The notes: generated from the letters alone by a model not told the origin. A stretch of DNA of 20,000 nt from an uncultured virus (IMG/VR IMGVR_UViG_3300044630_007810) (IMGVR_UViG_3300044630_007810); one strand, 5' to 3'; shown: positions 1 through 8,221, numbered from the stretch's first letter. Translations and numbers: made by a program.

Positions 1-1
1 A

Positions 2-1360
2 TTTGATTTTGGGGCATTTTCTTCTATTGCTGGTGGCGATGCAAATCAAATCGGAGGATCTTATTCATTTATAGCTGGTGGTTCAGGAAATTATTCAAAT
101 GGCGCATTTTCAAATATATTTGGTGGATTATCAAATCAAGCGTTAGCTCCATTTTCAAACATAATTGGAAGAAGATCAATTGTTTCTGCAACTCATTCAG
201 GAGCAATGGTTCTTTCTGATGGTCAAAATAGAGATCACGCATCAAAAGGCCAACATACATTACATTTAGATTTTGCTAGTGGAGTTTATATTAATAATGT
301 AAAAATTGAACAATTTTTAACAAGTAAAACTCTTTATGTTGACCCAAGCGTGGGTACAGATACTAGAACCTCACTTAGTCGGTATGATATGTCAAAACCA
401 TTTACAACTATTTCTGGCGCAGCTGCTGCCTCAGCGACTGGTGATTTAATTTATGTTCGCGCAGGAACATATGCAATTAATTCTCAGATCAATCTTAACA
501 ATGAAGGAAGCCTATATTTTGAACCTGGAGCAACCGTTAATATAAGAAATAATGTTACGGGATTTTCTTTTAATCAAGCCACAAATGCCTTTCCAACAGG
601 TAATTCGATTCGTATTCAAGGACATGCTGATTTTGTATTAACTGGTTCAGCAGGAATACTAACAATGCCCACTTCAAATAATGCTTCTTCACCACCTATT
701 GTTGCATTTGAATGTAATAGTATTACTGGTCCAAATGCCGCTAATGGTACGCTTTTTAATACTGTGAACGGAGTATTGTCTGTTGATGCTAAAACTATAG
801 CAATGACAACTACATTTACTGCTTCAAATGCTACTGTATTTAATATTACTGGCACTGCAGATGTCACAGCAAGAATTCCATTTGTATATTGTGGAAGATT
901 TGTTAATGGTGCTGGCGCAGCTAATGCTGGTAGCGATGCTGTTGCTCGAATCAATGCTGATATTTGGACTTTGGCAACATACAACGCAACTGCTGGCATG
1001 AGTCTAAGGTTAATTACTACTAACTTTAGAATAGTTAATTATAATCATGTTGGTGTAGGTGCTGCATTAAGTTGGACAGAAAATACCACATTAGAATCTC
1101 ATGGTTTCAAAGGCATTACTTGGAATAGTTTGGCTGGTCAACCGAATATAACATTTGCTTCTACAGTTCTTTCAACAAGTAACAAAATTATCAGATTAGA
1201 CCAAACAAATATAATGCGATACGCAACGACAAACAGTTTAAGCTCTAATATACCTATAAATGTAGGAACATATGGTACATTTGCATCAGTGCCAGCAACT
1301 TCAAACGTTACATTTAAGATTGGTTCATTCACAGTAGATGCAGACGTAAACACTTATTAA
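2..1360 (+). CDS. Tail fibre/tailspike-like protein, 5'-truncated by the window edge; SxxAGG repeats followed by a probable right-handed beta-helix domain
   Basis: The frame of ORF 206..1360 is open back to position 2 (FDFGAFSSIAGGDANQIGGSYSFIAGGSGN...). It shares the HSGA..DGQ.RDH.SKG.H...LDFASGVY connector with 1371..2306. TLYVDPSVGTD...PFTTI...GDLIYVRAGTY is typical of the start of a pectin-lyase-like beta-helix. Confidence 0.7.
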   Translation, partial: FDFGAFSSIAGGDANQIGGSYSFIAGGSGNYSNGAFSNIFGGLSNQALAPFSNIIGRRSIVSATHSGAMVLSDGQNRDHASKGQHTLHLDFASGVYINNVKIEQFLTSKTLYVDPSVGTDTRTSLSRYDMSKPFTTISGAAAASATGDLIYVRAGTYAINSQINLNNEGSLYFEPGATVNIRNNVTGFSFNQATNAFPTGNSIRIQGHADFVLTGSAGILTMPTSNNASSPPIVAFECNSITGPNAANGTLFNTVNGVLSVDAKTIAMTTTFTASNATVFNITGTADVTARIPFVYCGRFVNGAGAANAGSDAVARINADIWTLATYNATAGMSLRLITTNFRIVNYNHVGVGAALSWTENTTLESHGFKGITWNSLAGQPNITFASTVLSTSNKIIRLDQTNIMRYATTNSLSSNIPINVGTYGTFASVPATSNVTFKIGSFTVDADVNTY

Positions 1361-1370
1361 TTTTAAAAAT

Positions 1371-2306
1371 ATGAGTCAACAAACACTATATAACGACTTA
1401 GTAGTCAACGGTACTTTAACAGCGGGACAAAACTCAAAAGCTTCAGGTATTGCTTCGATAGCTTTGGGCCGATTAAATACAGCGACTGGAGATTATTCAA
1501 ATGTAGCTGGTGGCAGTAATAATACAGTGAATGGAACTGCTTCAAATGTAGCTGGTGGATATTTAAATACAGTGAATGGAGATTATTCAAATGTAGCTGG
1601 TGGATATTTAAATACAGCGGGTGGAGCTGGTTCAAATGTAGCTGGTGGAGATTCTAATATGGCGAATGGAGATTCTTCAAATGTAGCTGGTGGATATTTA
1701 AATACAGTGAATGGAGATTATTCAAATGTAGCTGGTGGATATTTAAATACAGTGAATGGAGATTATTCAAATGTAGCTGGTGGATATTTAAATACAGCGG
1801 GTGGAGCTGGTTCAAATGTAGCTGGTGGAGATTCTAATATGGCGAATGGAGATTCTTCAAATGTAGCTGGTGGCAGTAATAATACAGTGAATGGAACTGC
1901 TTCAAATGTAGCTGGTGGATATTTAAATACAGCGGGTGGAGCTGCTTCAAATGTAGCTGGTGGCAGTAATAATACAGCGAATGGAATTACTTCAAATGTA
2001 GCTGGTGGATTTTTTAATGCAGCGAGTGGAGATTATTCAAGTATTGCGGGAGGAAGAAGAGCTAAAATACTCCAAGCTCATTCTGGAGCGGGTGTTTGGG
2101 CAGATGGACAGGATAGGGATCATACCTCAAAAGGTGAACATTCTTGTTTTCTGGACTTTGCTAGTGGGGTATATTTAAGACTTCCTCGATTCAATGGAGC
2201 TTCTTCTCAAGCAGGAAATATTGGAGAATTAAAAATAAGCGGATCTAATCTTTATGTATGCACAGGAACAAATCTTTGGGGAAGAGTTGCTGTAACTAAT
2301 TTTTAA
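1371..2306 (+). CDS. Tail fibre/adhesin-like protein with 15-aa SNVAGG repeats (YadA/Hep_Hag-head-like beta-roll)
   Basis: 311-aa ORF with 12 SNVAGG copies at a 15-aa period. The C-terminal GELKISGSNLYVCTGTNLWGRVA resembles phage fibre-associated domains. Confidence 0.65.
   Translation: MSQQTLYNDLVVNGTLTAGQNSKASGIASIALGRLNTATGDYSNVAGGSNNTVNGTASNVAGGYLNTVNGDYSNVAGGYLNTAGGAGSNVAGGDSNMANGDSSNVAGGYLNTVNGDYSNVAGGYLNTVNGDYSNVAGGYLNTAGGAGSNVAGGDSNMANGDSSNVAGGSNNTVNGTASNVAGGYLNTAGGAASNVAGGSNNTANGITSNVAGGFFNAASGDYSSIAGGRRAKILQAHSGAGVWADGQDRDHTSKGEHSCFLDFASGVYLRLPRFNGASSQAGNIGELKISGSNLYVCTGTNLWGRVAVTNF
1497..2053 (+). repeat. Coding tandem repeat with a 45-nt period and an invariant 17-nt core TCAAATGTAGCTGGTGG
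   Basis: Cores start at 1497, 1542, 1587, 1632, 1677, 1722, 1767, 1812, 1857, 1902, 1947 and 1992, with a degenerate copy at 2037. Confidence 0.95.
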
Positions 2307-2324
2307 TTTTTTTAAATAAAATAT

Positions 2325-2825
2325 ATGGCTAATATCGGAGCTTTTCATTTCCCACTCAATAATTTAAGTGTCCCAAATGGGATTCCATTTTTTCCAACCA
2401 TAACTCAAGTTGGTGAAACATATAATATTTCATTTAATAAAGGTTATGTAATTGATTTAGCGCCAAAAATTCCAAGTATAGTTGAAGTAGAAAAATGTGA
2501 AGAGCCAGAGTATGCAAATCAACCAAATAGCAAATGGTATGTTAAAGTTGTAATGCGTACAGATTTTAGCGATAAAGAAGATAAAAGAGTTATAAAAAGC
2601 GCTGAAATTGCTAGAATTCCAGATGGAGAAGGTGAAAAATTACCAGATACTGATAAAATATATCTTGTTTGCGAAGTATCAGATAATATTGTTCAAAAAT
2701 ATGTTTTACGTGAAAATATAATTTGGGGTGGTGGAAATAAGAAATTTTGGGTTTTAGATGATGCTGGTACTAGTGCTCAATATACTTTCTTAGCTTCAAG
2801 AGTACAAGAAAACACTAGTAAATAA
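2325..2825 (+). CDS. Hypothetical protein (possibly virion-associated)
   Basis: 166-aa ORF co-oriented with the fibre genes and abutting the next ORF; no recognised motif. Confidence 0.6.
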   Translation: MANIGAFHFPLNNLSVPNGIPFFPTITQVGETYNISFNKGYVIDLAPKIPSIVEVEKCEEPEYANQPNSKWYVKVVMRTDFSDKEDKRVIKSAEIARIPDGEGEKLPDTDKIYLVCEVSDNIVQKYVLRENIIWGGGNKKFWVLDDAGTSAQYTFLASRVQENTSK

Positions 2826-3839
2826 ATGGCTGAAAAATTTACGACATTTCCAGATATTCCAATTAATATTGAACGAGTAACACAAGAAACTTACGATTCA
2901 TTTGTAAATAGAGAAAGACCTGGCATAGCAGCTTTAGTTGTCCCAGGACCAATAACCAGAAAACAATTATTCGATATATATTGGACAAAAGAATATTCAT
3001 ACACCTTCTCTTTAACAAGCAAATATGGCGGAGTAAATGAAGGTGGAACTAAGAATTCATATACATCAGTTCAAAGAAAAGGTCAGACACGAGCATATTT
3101 GACTCCAACAACAATGGAACAGGGTATTGGTTTTGGAGACAACCTTTTCTTAAATAAAGAGGATAGAGAATCTCTTGGAGAATTAAATGATTCTGATCCA
3201 AGAAAAGCTTTAATTAGTTATGTAACTGCTACTTATCAAGTTGCTACAGGAGATAATTTTTTAGCTAAAGGTTTATGTACCAATCCTATTGCAATAGAAA
3301 AAAAAGCAAGTCAAGAAGAAATGCAAGGCGCACAACCAGTAACTACATATAATGTAGATTTTGAATTTGGTACAACCACTGGTTTTTTTGCTTGGGAAAA
3401 AAGAATAGCGCCTGTTGGGACACCCTTTGCTGCATGGAACATTGTCGAAATAAACCCTGAAACCGACGAAATTAAACAAACAGACAAATATTATTTTTCT
3501 CCTGTCGGCTTCGGAGGAGTCTTTTCTTATCAAGAAGGTCAAGAGTCAGAAGAGAGTGAAAGAATTATTAGATATTTCGCTTCATTTTACGCTTATGGAA
3601 AACCCCCAGTCTTTGATCCCTCAAATACTAATTTTAAAAAAATTGGTAATCTTAAATTTCATGACGCGAAACCACTAGAAATATGGGGAGATCAGCGTGT
3701 TACTGTACTCGAAAGAGTTTCTGCTGAAGATATCTTTGGAAATACTATTTACACATATGAAACTAAAGAAGAGTCCGTTGGTGCTTTTAGTGTAGATTTT
3801 ACTGTAGCAAGCTCAAGTAAATTTAATTTTGAAATTTAA
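2826..3839 (+). CDS. Hypothetical protein (possibly virion-associated)
   Basis: 337-aa ORF whose ATG directly follows the upstream TAA; no recognised motif. Confidence 0.65.
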   Translation: MAEKFTTFPDIPINIERVTQETYDSFVNRERPGIAALVVPGPITRKQLFDIYWTKEYSYTFSLTSKYGGVNEGGTKNSYTSVQRKGQTRAYLTPTTMEQGIGFGDNLFLNKEDRESLGELNDSDPRKALISYVTATYQVATGDNFLAKGLCTNPIAIEKKASQEEMQGAQPVTTYNVDFEFGTTTGFFAWEKRIAPVGTPFAAWNIVEINPETDEIKQTDKYYFSPVGFGGVFSYQEGQESEESERIIRYFASFYAYGKPPVFDPSNTNFKKIGNLKFHDAKPLEIWGDQRVTVLERVSAEDIFGNTIYTYETKEESVGAFSVDFTVASSSKFNFEI

Positions 3840-3840
3840 A

Positions 3841-4086
3841 TCAAATTTTTCTTAAACGCACTTGAACAAAATATTTTCCATTACTTTTAAAGTAATTGAT
3901 TGATTCAATTACATAATTATTTGGCTTAGTTTTAGAAAATTTATTCATAGCGTCTTCATAAGAATAAATACTAGATGACGAAAGAGATAATGCATTGCAT
4001 GTAGTTGGAAAAACATGCCTACCGTCTTTTGCCAAGATCTTCAAAGACATCAAAAAAACAAATGCAATAACTAATATTTTTTTCAT
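3841..4086 (-). CDS. Small exported hypothetical protein
   Basis: 81 aa with an MKK + hydrophobic N-terminal signal-like sequence. Confidence 0.6.
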   Translation of the reverse strand: MKKILVIAFVFLMSLKILAKDGRHVFPTTCNALSLSSSSIYSYEDAMNKFSKTKPNNYVIESINYFKSNGKYFVQVRLRKI

Positions 4087-4092
4087 GAAAAA

Positions 4093-4121
4093 ATATTATC
4101 AATAATAAAGTCAATTGTCAA
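4093..4121 (-). promoter_or_regulatory. Possible sigma70-type promoter for 3841..4086
   Basis: TTGACA-17 nt-TAATAT on the minus strand, ending 6 nt before the ATG. The AT-rich background lowers specificity. Confidence 0.4.
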
Positions 4122-4402
4122 ATACTTTTTTCTTCAATAATTGCGCGAGATTTAATTTTTTTTATTCTCGAAATATCATTCATTTTTTCTTTTTGAATAT
4201 TCTTCTTGGCGAACAAAGATGTAAAAAAAACTAATGTTAGAGAGCCAATTATATACAAAAAATTATTAAACTGATCAAGTTTAACTGCAAGATTGTTGTT
4301 GTATTCAACAATTTCTTTTAAATCGTTTATTAAATAAACTCCATTTAATATAAACAAACTAGTTATGCAACATATTAATAATATTAATAGTTTGTTATTC
4401 AT
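4118..4402 (-). CDS. Two-TM membrane protein in the lysis block
   Basis: 94 aa with two hydrophobic segments and a basic C-tail; ATGA overlap with the upstream gene. Confidence 0.6.
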   Translation of the reverse strand: MNNKLLILLICCITSLFILNGVYLINDLKEIVEYNNNLAVKLDQFNNFLYIIGSLTLVFFTSLFAKKNIQKEKMNDISRIKKIKSRAIIEEKSI

Positions 4403-4716
4403 TTTTTGAAAAATTTTTCTGGTTTTTCTGAAAACTTTTTCGCTAATTTTATTATTCCATCAATTACTTCTGGAGATATCACACCTATAATACCGTAAGT
4501 AACTGCTTTATACAAAGAAGATATATCTGTTTGCTCTAAAACAAACCAAGAGATTCCAGCGGCAATAGCTGCTGTAAGAATTTTTTTAAACTGATCAATT
4601 AAACTTAATTTTGAATCAGTGCTTAATAATCTAGCTATCATAGCGCCAGCACCAATCATAGGAATCATCCAGCCCCCATCTAAAAATTCTTTTAAGAGAG
4701 ATCTCTCTGTATCCAT
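4399..4716 (-). CDS. Putative holin
   Basis: 105 aa with about three hydrophobic segments and a lysine-rich C-terminus, directly downstream of the endolysin. Confidence 0.55.
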   Translation of the reverse strand: MDTERSLLKEFLDGGWMIPMIGAGAMIARLLSTDSKLSLIDQFKKILTAAIAAGISWFVLEQTDISSLYKAVTYGIIGVISPEVIDGIIKLAKKFSEKPEKFFKK

Positions 4717-4729
4717 GATTTTGATTACA

Positions 4730-5359
4730 CTAAATCATGATTCTTATCCTACTTCTAATAGAAGAAAGTTTACGTTTTTTAATCAATACTGCGCCACCTT
4801 CTCTTGATCCATGACCATCTGTATTTCCTTCAATAGTTGTTACATAACCAGATTCATCTGGTTCACTAATTGCCAAACCAATATGAGAAAAATTAAAGAT
4901 AACTACATCCCCCGCTTTAATGTCTCCACCATGAGGTTTCTTTAAAAGAACATGTGTATCTTGCTCTCTGCACCAGTTTTCAAAATCATATGCACCTGCT
5001 GTTTGGGGTCTTTTGAAACTATATTTGCCATCTTTCATAGCTTCTCTAAATAACCAACAAATAAAAGCCGCGCACCATGGCCACGACTTTGTTGAATCTA
5101 ACCAAGTAGCAGATTTGTATTCATTAACTCTAGGACCACAATTAGTTCCATTGATTTCTTCAACGCCAACTTCTTTTCTTGCTAAAGCAACAAGTTTTTC
5201 GGCAAGAGTTCCTTTTTTTGTTTCGGTTTCACTTGGTGAAACAACACCTAATTTATTTAATATTGCATTCCATGTCATTGGTCCATCTTCTCCATCTACT
5301 TTTAAACCTAAAGATTTTTGGACTTTTTTTACTAGATCTGATTTACCTTTGAATTCCAT
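4730..5359 (-). CDS. Endolysin: N-terminal peptidoglycan-binding domain + CHAP amidase/peptidase
   Basis: VKKVQKSLGLKVDGEDGPMTW is PG_binding_1-like. PWCAAF, SHIG and TIEGNT are CHAP catalytic motifs. Confidence 0.85.
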   Translation of the reverse strand: MEFKGKSDLVKKVQKSLGLKVDGEDGPMTWNAILNKLGVVSPSETETKKGTLAEKLVALARKEVGVEEINGTNCGPRVNEYKSATWLDSTKSWPWCAAFICWLFREAMKDGKYSFKRPQTAGAYDFENWCREQDTHVLLKKPHGGDIKAGDVVIFNFSHIGLAISEPDESGYVTTIEGNTDGHGSREGGAVLIKKRKLSSIRSRIRIMI

Positions 5360-5424
5360 ATTATATTATAAATTTTTTTTTAAAAATACTATTTTAAAAA
5401 TCTTCATAGGTAATTCCATCACTA

Positions 5425-6327
5425 TTATAGATCATAGATTACAGTTCTTCCACCAAATGTTGCACCATAACCAGTGGCTCCAACTGGAACATGAATCGGA
5501 GCTGATCCTGTACTTGAAAAGACACCACTTCCAAGTGTCGGAGCAGTAAGCGCTAAAAAATGAATAATACTTAAGTTAGTGGAAGATGCGAACGCACCAC
5601 TCCCGATGCTCGTCACGGCGCTGCCAATCGTCACACTCGTCAGACCGCTGCAGCCATTGAACGCACCACCCCCGATGCTCGTCACGGCGCTGCCAATCGT
5701 CACACTCGTCAGACCGCTGCAGCCAAAGAACGCATCGCTCCCGATGCTGGTCACGCTGTTGGGGATCGTAATGTCAGTCAGGCCACTACACCCATAAAAA
5801 GCACCACCCCCGATGCTCGTCACGGCGCTGCCAATCGTCACACTCGTCAGACCGCTGCAGCCAAAGAACGCATCGCTCCCGATGCTGGTCACGCTGGCGG
5901 GGATCGTGATGCTGGTTAGACTGGTGCAGCCATTGAATGCAGAGTTCCCAATAGTTTTCAATGACCCCTTAAGGATGACACTAACAACTGCTGTACTATT
6001 AGTTGAAGTCCAATTATTGGGAATAAAGTCACTAGTTTCTTCAAAAAGAACATTGCCATTGATATCAAATGCTCTACTGGTTAAGTTCGTAGATATTGAA
6101 GATCCTATAAATCTAAATCCAGCATCATAAGGAGCAAAAAACAAATCTATTGGTTGATTTAATCTATCAATTTTTCTATTATATTCACGAATTAAATGGT
6201 CATTAAAATCGACTTTAGAAGAAATTTCTTCATACATTGATTGGATACCAGTTCTATAAGAAACCCAAGCTCCAGAACCTGTAGAATAATCAGAATGTAT
6301 TTGAGATTGAAGAAACCTTGGCCCCAT
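5425..6327 (-). CDS. BspA-type leucine-rich repeat (LRR_5) protein with an unrelated N-terminal domain
   Basis: 23-aa repeats [23 protein letters not shown] in the C-terminal half. Confidence 0.85.
   Translation of the reverse strand: MGPRFLQSQIHSDYSTGSGAWVSYRTGIQSMYEEISSKVDFNDHLIREYNRKIDRLNQPIDLFFAPYDAGFRFIGSSISTNLTSRAFDINGNVLFEETSDFIPNNWTSTNSTAVVSVILKGSLKTIGNSAFNGCTSLTSITIPASVTSIGSDAFFGCSGLTSVTIGSAVTSIGGGAFYGCSGLTDITIPNSVTSIGSDAFFGCSGLTSVTIGSAVTSIGGGAFNGCSGLTSVTIGSAVTSIGSGAFASSTNLSIIHFLALTAPTLGSGVFSSTGSAPIHVPVGATGYGATFGGRTVIYDL
5590..5950 (-). repeat. 69-nt-period GC-rich coding repeats of the LRR domain
   Basis: CCCGATGCTCGTCACGGCGCTGCCAATCGTCACACTCGTCAGACCGCTGCAGCCA recurs at 5602, 5671 and 5809. 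Confidence 0.9.
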
Positions 6328-6368
6328 GTATCTTTTTACACCGAAAAAGATTTAAAAAAATAAAAAAA

Positions 6369-6458
6369 TGGCGGTGAGAAAGGGATTTGAACCCTTGGTA
6401 ATATTTCTACTACGTTCCCTTAGCAAGGGAGTGCTTTAAACCACTCAGCCATCTCACC
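6369..6458 (-). tRNA. tRNA-Ser(GCU)
   Basis: GGTGAGA/TCTCACC acceptor, anticodon loop TTGCTAA, long variable arm, TTCAAAT T-loop, GCCA end. Confidence 0.93.
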
Positions 6459-6460
6459 AA

Positions 6461-6528
6461 TGGTGGATGCGTGAGGGATCGAACCTCATTCCACGACAAG
6501 CGTCATGTCGAAACCAGTAATCGCACCC
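6461..6528 (-). ncRNA. Miniature tmRNA-like RNA (tRNA-like domain only, no tag reading frame)
   Basis: GGGUGCG-AUUACUGGUUUCGA-CAUGAC-GCUU-GUCGUG-GAA-UGAGG-UUCGAUC-CCUCA-CGCAUCC-ACCA. It has G3.U70, a stemless tmRNA-type D-loop, a 3-nt GAA linker and no anticodon loop. Confidence 0.8.
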
Positions 6529-7026
6529 TTAATTTTCTTTATTGAACATAACATAGTTATGAACAGTAACTAAATAATCTTCAGCAATAGCAAGCTTTCC
6601 CTGCATCCATGTTTCTGTAAGATTTTCTTGAACTTTAAGGTCATTCAAGGCATTTAAAATATTATCTGCATGAGCTTTAATTGATGTGATTGAACCAACT
6701 GCCATTTCATAAAGATCTTTATTTGTTTCTTGAAGTTCTTGTTCTGGAGTTTCTTGTTCCATTTCTGGAGCATTCATATCAATTTCTTGAGCTTGTGATA
6801 TCCCAACTTTATGCTCTTTTTCTTTTAGCTCTGAAAAAATAAGAAATTCTTCTCCGTCGATTTCGCCAACGATAGAAGCTTCTGATTTTGATTCGTCAAA
6901 TTGAGTATAGCAAATTGCGACACGTTGTTTATTATCTTCAAATTTTGGATCTTTTGCTACTTCAGATACACAACGACCAATAAAGTCGCTCTTCTTTTCT
7001 TTATTTTTTGGTTTTGGTAAAGGCAT
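6529..7026 (-). CDS. Conserved-looking phage hypothetical protein
   Basis: 165 aa. The N-terminal MPLPKP..E...FIGRC...QR.AICY motif and the C-terminal WMQGKLAIAEDYL helix are familiar from phage hypotheticals. GTGTAA lies upstream. Confidence 0.75.
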   Translation of the reverse strand: MPLPKPKNKEKKSDFIGRCVSEVAKDPKFEDNKQRVAICYTQFDESKSEASIVGEIDGEEFLIFSELKEKEHKVGISQAQEIDMNAPEMEQETPEQELQETNKDLYEMAVGSITSIKAHADNILNALNDLKVQENLTETWMQGKLAIAEDYLVTVHNYVMFNKEN

Positions 7027-7060
7027 CGTTTTGTCTATTTTAGATTATTACACTAAAAAT

Positions 7061-7151
7061 TGGCGGGTAGAGTAGGATTCGAACCCACGGAGGATTCATC
7101 ACCCTCTCAGATTTTCAAGATCTGCACAATAAACCGCTCTGTCATCTACCC
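7061..7151 (-). tRNA. tRNA-Ser(UGA)
   Basis: GGGTAGA/TCTACCC acceptor, CAGAT-CTTGAAA-ATCTG anticodon arm, long variable arm, GCCA end. Confidence 0.93.
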
Positions 7152-7177
7152 ATTTAACAATACTTATTATAATAAAA

Positions 7178-7303
7178 TTATCCTTGCCCTTTATATTTTT
7201 TTCTATAATTTTTAGATTGTTTCAAATGAGAAGTTTTGCTTTTTGCATGAACTCCAGGACGTTTAATTTTCTTGTGTTTTGTTTTTTGTTCTTTTTTGTT
7301 CAT
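7178..7303 (-). CDS. 41-aa highly basic peptide (not in the ORF track)
   Basis: MNKKEQKTKHKKIKRPGVHAKSKTSHLKQSKNYRKKYKGQG* fills the gap between two tRNAs. Confidence 0.7.
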   Translation of the reverse strand: MNKKEQKTKHKKIKRPGVHAKSKTSHLKQSKNYRKKYKGQG

Positions 7304-7315
7304 ATTGTTAGAAAT

Positions 7316-7391
7316 TGGTCCTCCATACTGGACTTGAACCAGTAACTTTCCCCTTATAAAGAAGATACTCTACCGATTGAGTTAATGGAGG
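7316..7391 (-). tRNA. tRNA-Ile(UAU)
   Basis: CCTCCAT/ATGGAGG acceptor, TCTTC-TTTATAA-GGGGA anticodon arm (two G.U pairs), TTCAAGT T-loop, ACCA end. Confidence 0.85.
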
Positions 7392-7437
7392 ATGTTTTTG
7401 TAGTTCACTTTTTATTATGAATGTGTATATAATATAT

Positions 7438-7962
7438 ATGGACTATGAATTATTACAAGAATTAATTTCAAAAAACTTATCAATTGCAAAAATAGCTGAA
7501 GAATTAAATTGTAGCAAAACAAATATAAGATATTGGTTAAGGAAGCACGGACTTAATACAAATTTTACATTTTTAAAAGCTGAATTAAAAGATTGCCCTA
7601 ATGGAGAAAGTTGCAAAATTTGTTCAAATAACTTAACTGGTCATCAGAGATTTTTTTGTAGTAAAAAATGTAGAATTAAAAGTAAAAATCCAAATACAGT
7701 AGAAAGACAAAAGAGAATAAGCAAGGATAGAAAACTTGAATTAATCAAAATGAGTGGTGGTTGCTGTGAGGCTTGTGGATATAATAAAAATTATTCTGCT
7801 CTTCAATTTCATCATTTAGATCCATCAAATAAAACTTTTAATATTGACGCGAGAATGCTGTCTAATACAAAATGGGATTCTATTATAAAGGAATGGAGAA
7901 AATGTAAGTTACTATGCGCAAATTGTCATTTTGAAATACATAATCCAGAAAATATTATTTAA
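7438..7962 (+). CDS. HNH endonuclease with N-terminal HTH and zinc-ribbon; start probably 7438 rather than 7417
   Basis: HTH-like SIAKIAEELNCSKTNIRYWL; CKIC..FCSKKC; CEACG..LQFHHLD...LLCANCHFEIH. Confidence 0.85.
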   Translation: MDYELLQELISKNLSIAKIAEELNCSKTNIRYWLRKHGLNTNFTFLKAELKDCPNGESCKICSNNLTGHQRFFCSKKCRIKSKNPNTVERQKRISKDRKLELIKMSGGCCEACGYNKNYSALQFHHLDPSNKTFNIDARMLSNTKWDSIIKEWRKCKLLCANCHFEIHNPENII

Positions 7963-7967
7963 AATAA

Positions 7968-8039
7968 TAGGGGCGGTGGGACTTGAACCCACACTCCATC
8001 AATTATGAGTTGATCGCTTCACCTTTAAGCTACACCCCT
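7968..8039 (-). tRNA. tRNA with CAU anticodon (elongator Met or lysidine-type Ile2), no encoded CCA
   Basis: AGGGGTG/CGCCCCT acceptor, ATCAA-CTCATAA-TTGAT arm, TTCAAGT T-loop. Confidence 0.88.
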
Positions 8040-8053
8040 GTTTTTTTATAAAA

Positions 8054-8131
8054 TGGTACGCGGAATGGGATTCGAACCCATACTGTAGTGATTTTAAGTC
8101 ACTTGTCTCCTACCAGTTGGACTACCCGCGC
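8054..8131 (-). tRNA. tRNA-Leu(UAA) with a short variable loop
   Basis: GCGCGGG/TCCGCGT acceptor, AGTGA-CTTAAAA-TCACT arm, 5-nt variable region ACAGT, ACCA end. Confidence 0.9.
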
Positions 8132-8149
8132 ATTCTCGACTGTGAAATT

Positions 8150-8177
8150 AGTATAACACACATTCACTTGGGGTCAA
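8150..8177 (-). promoter_or_regulatory. Sigma70-type promoter for the downstream half of the tRNA array
   Basis: TTGACC-16 nt-TATACT with an extended -10 (TGT TATACT), 18 nt upstream of tRNA-Leu. Confidence 0.65.
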
Positions 8178-8221
8178 GATAAATTTCAGAAAGTTTTCGA
8201 ATTAAAAGTGTAAATAAATGG

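Noticed and set aside
1497..2053. CRISPR-like pattern (17-nt repeat + 28-nt spacers)
   Set aside because: The period is an exact codon multiple inside a long ORF, the spacers repeat and resemble each other, the repeat is too short, and there are no cas genes.
5590..5950. Diversity-generating retroelement TR/VR pair
   Set aside because: The repeats are in-frame tandem LRR units without adenine-specific differences, and there is no reverse transcriptase in the window.
6461..6528. Ordinary or D-armless tRNA with a GCU anticodon
   Set aside because: No 7-nt anticodon loop can be formed. The D-loop sequence, GAA linker and G3.U70 fit tmRNA instead.
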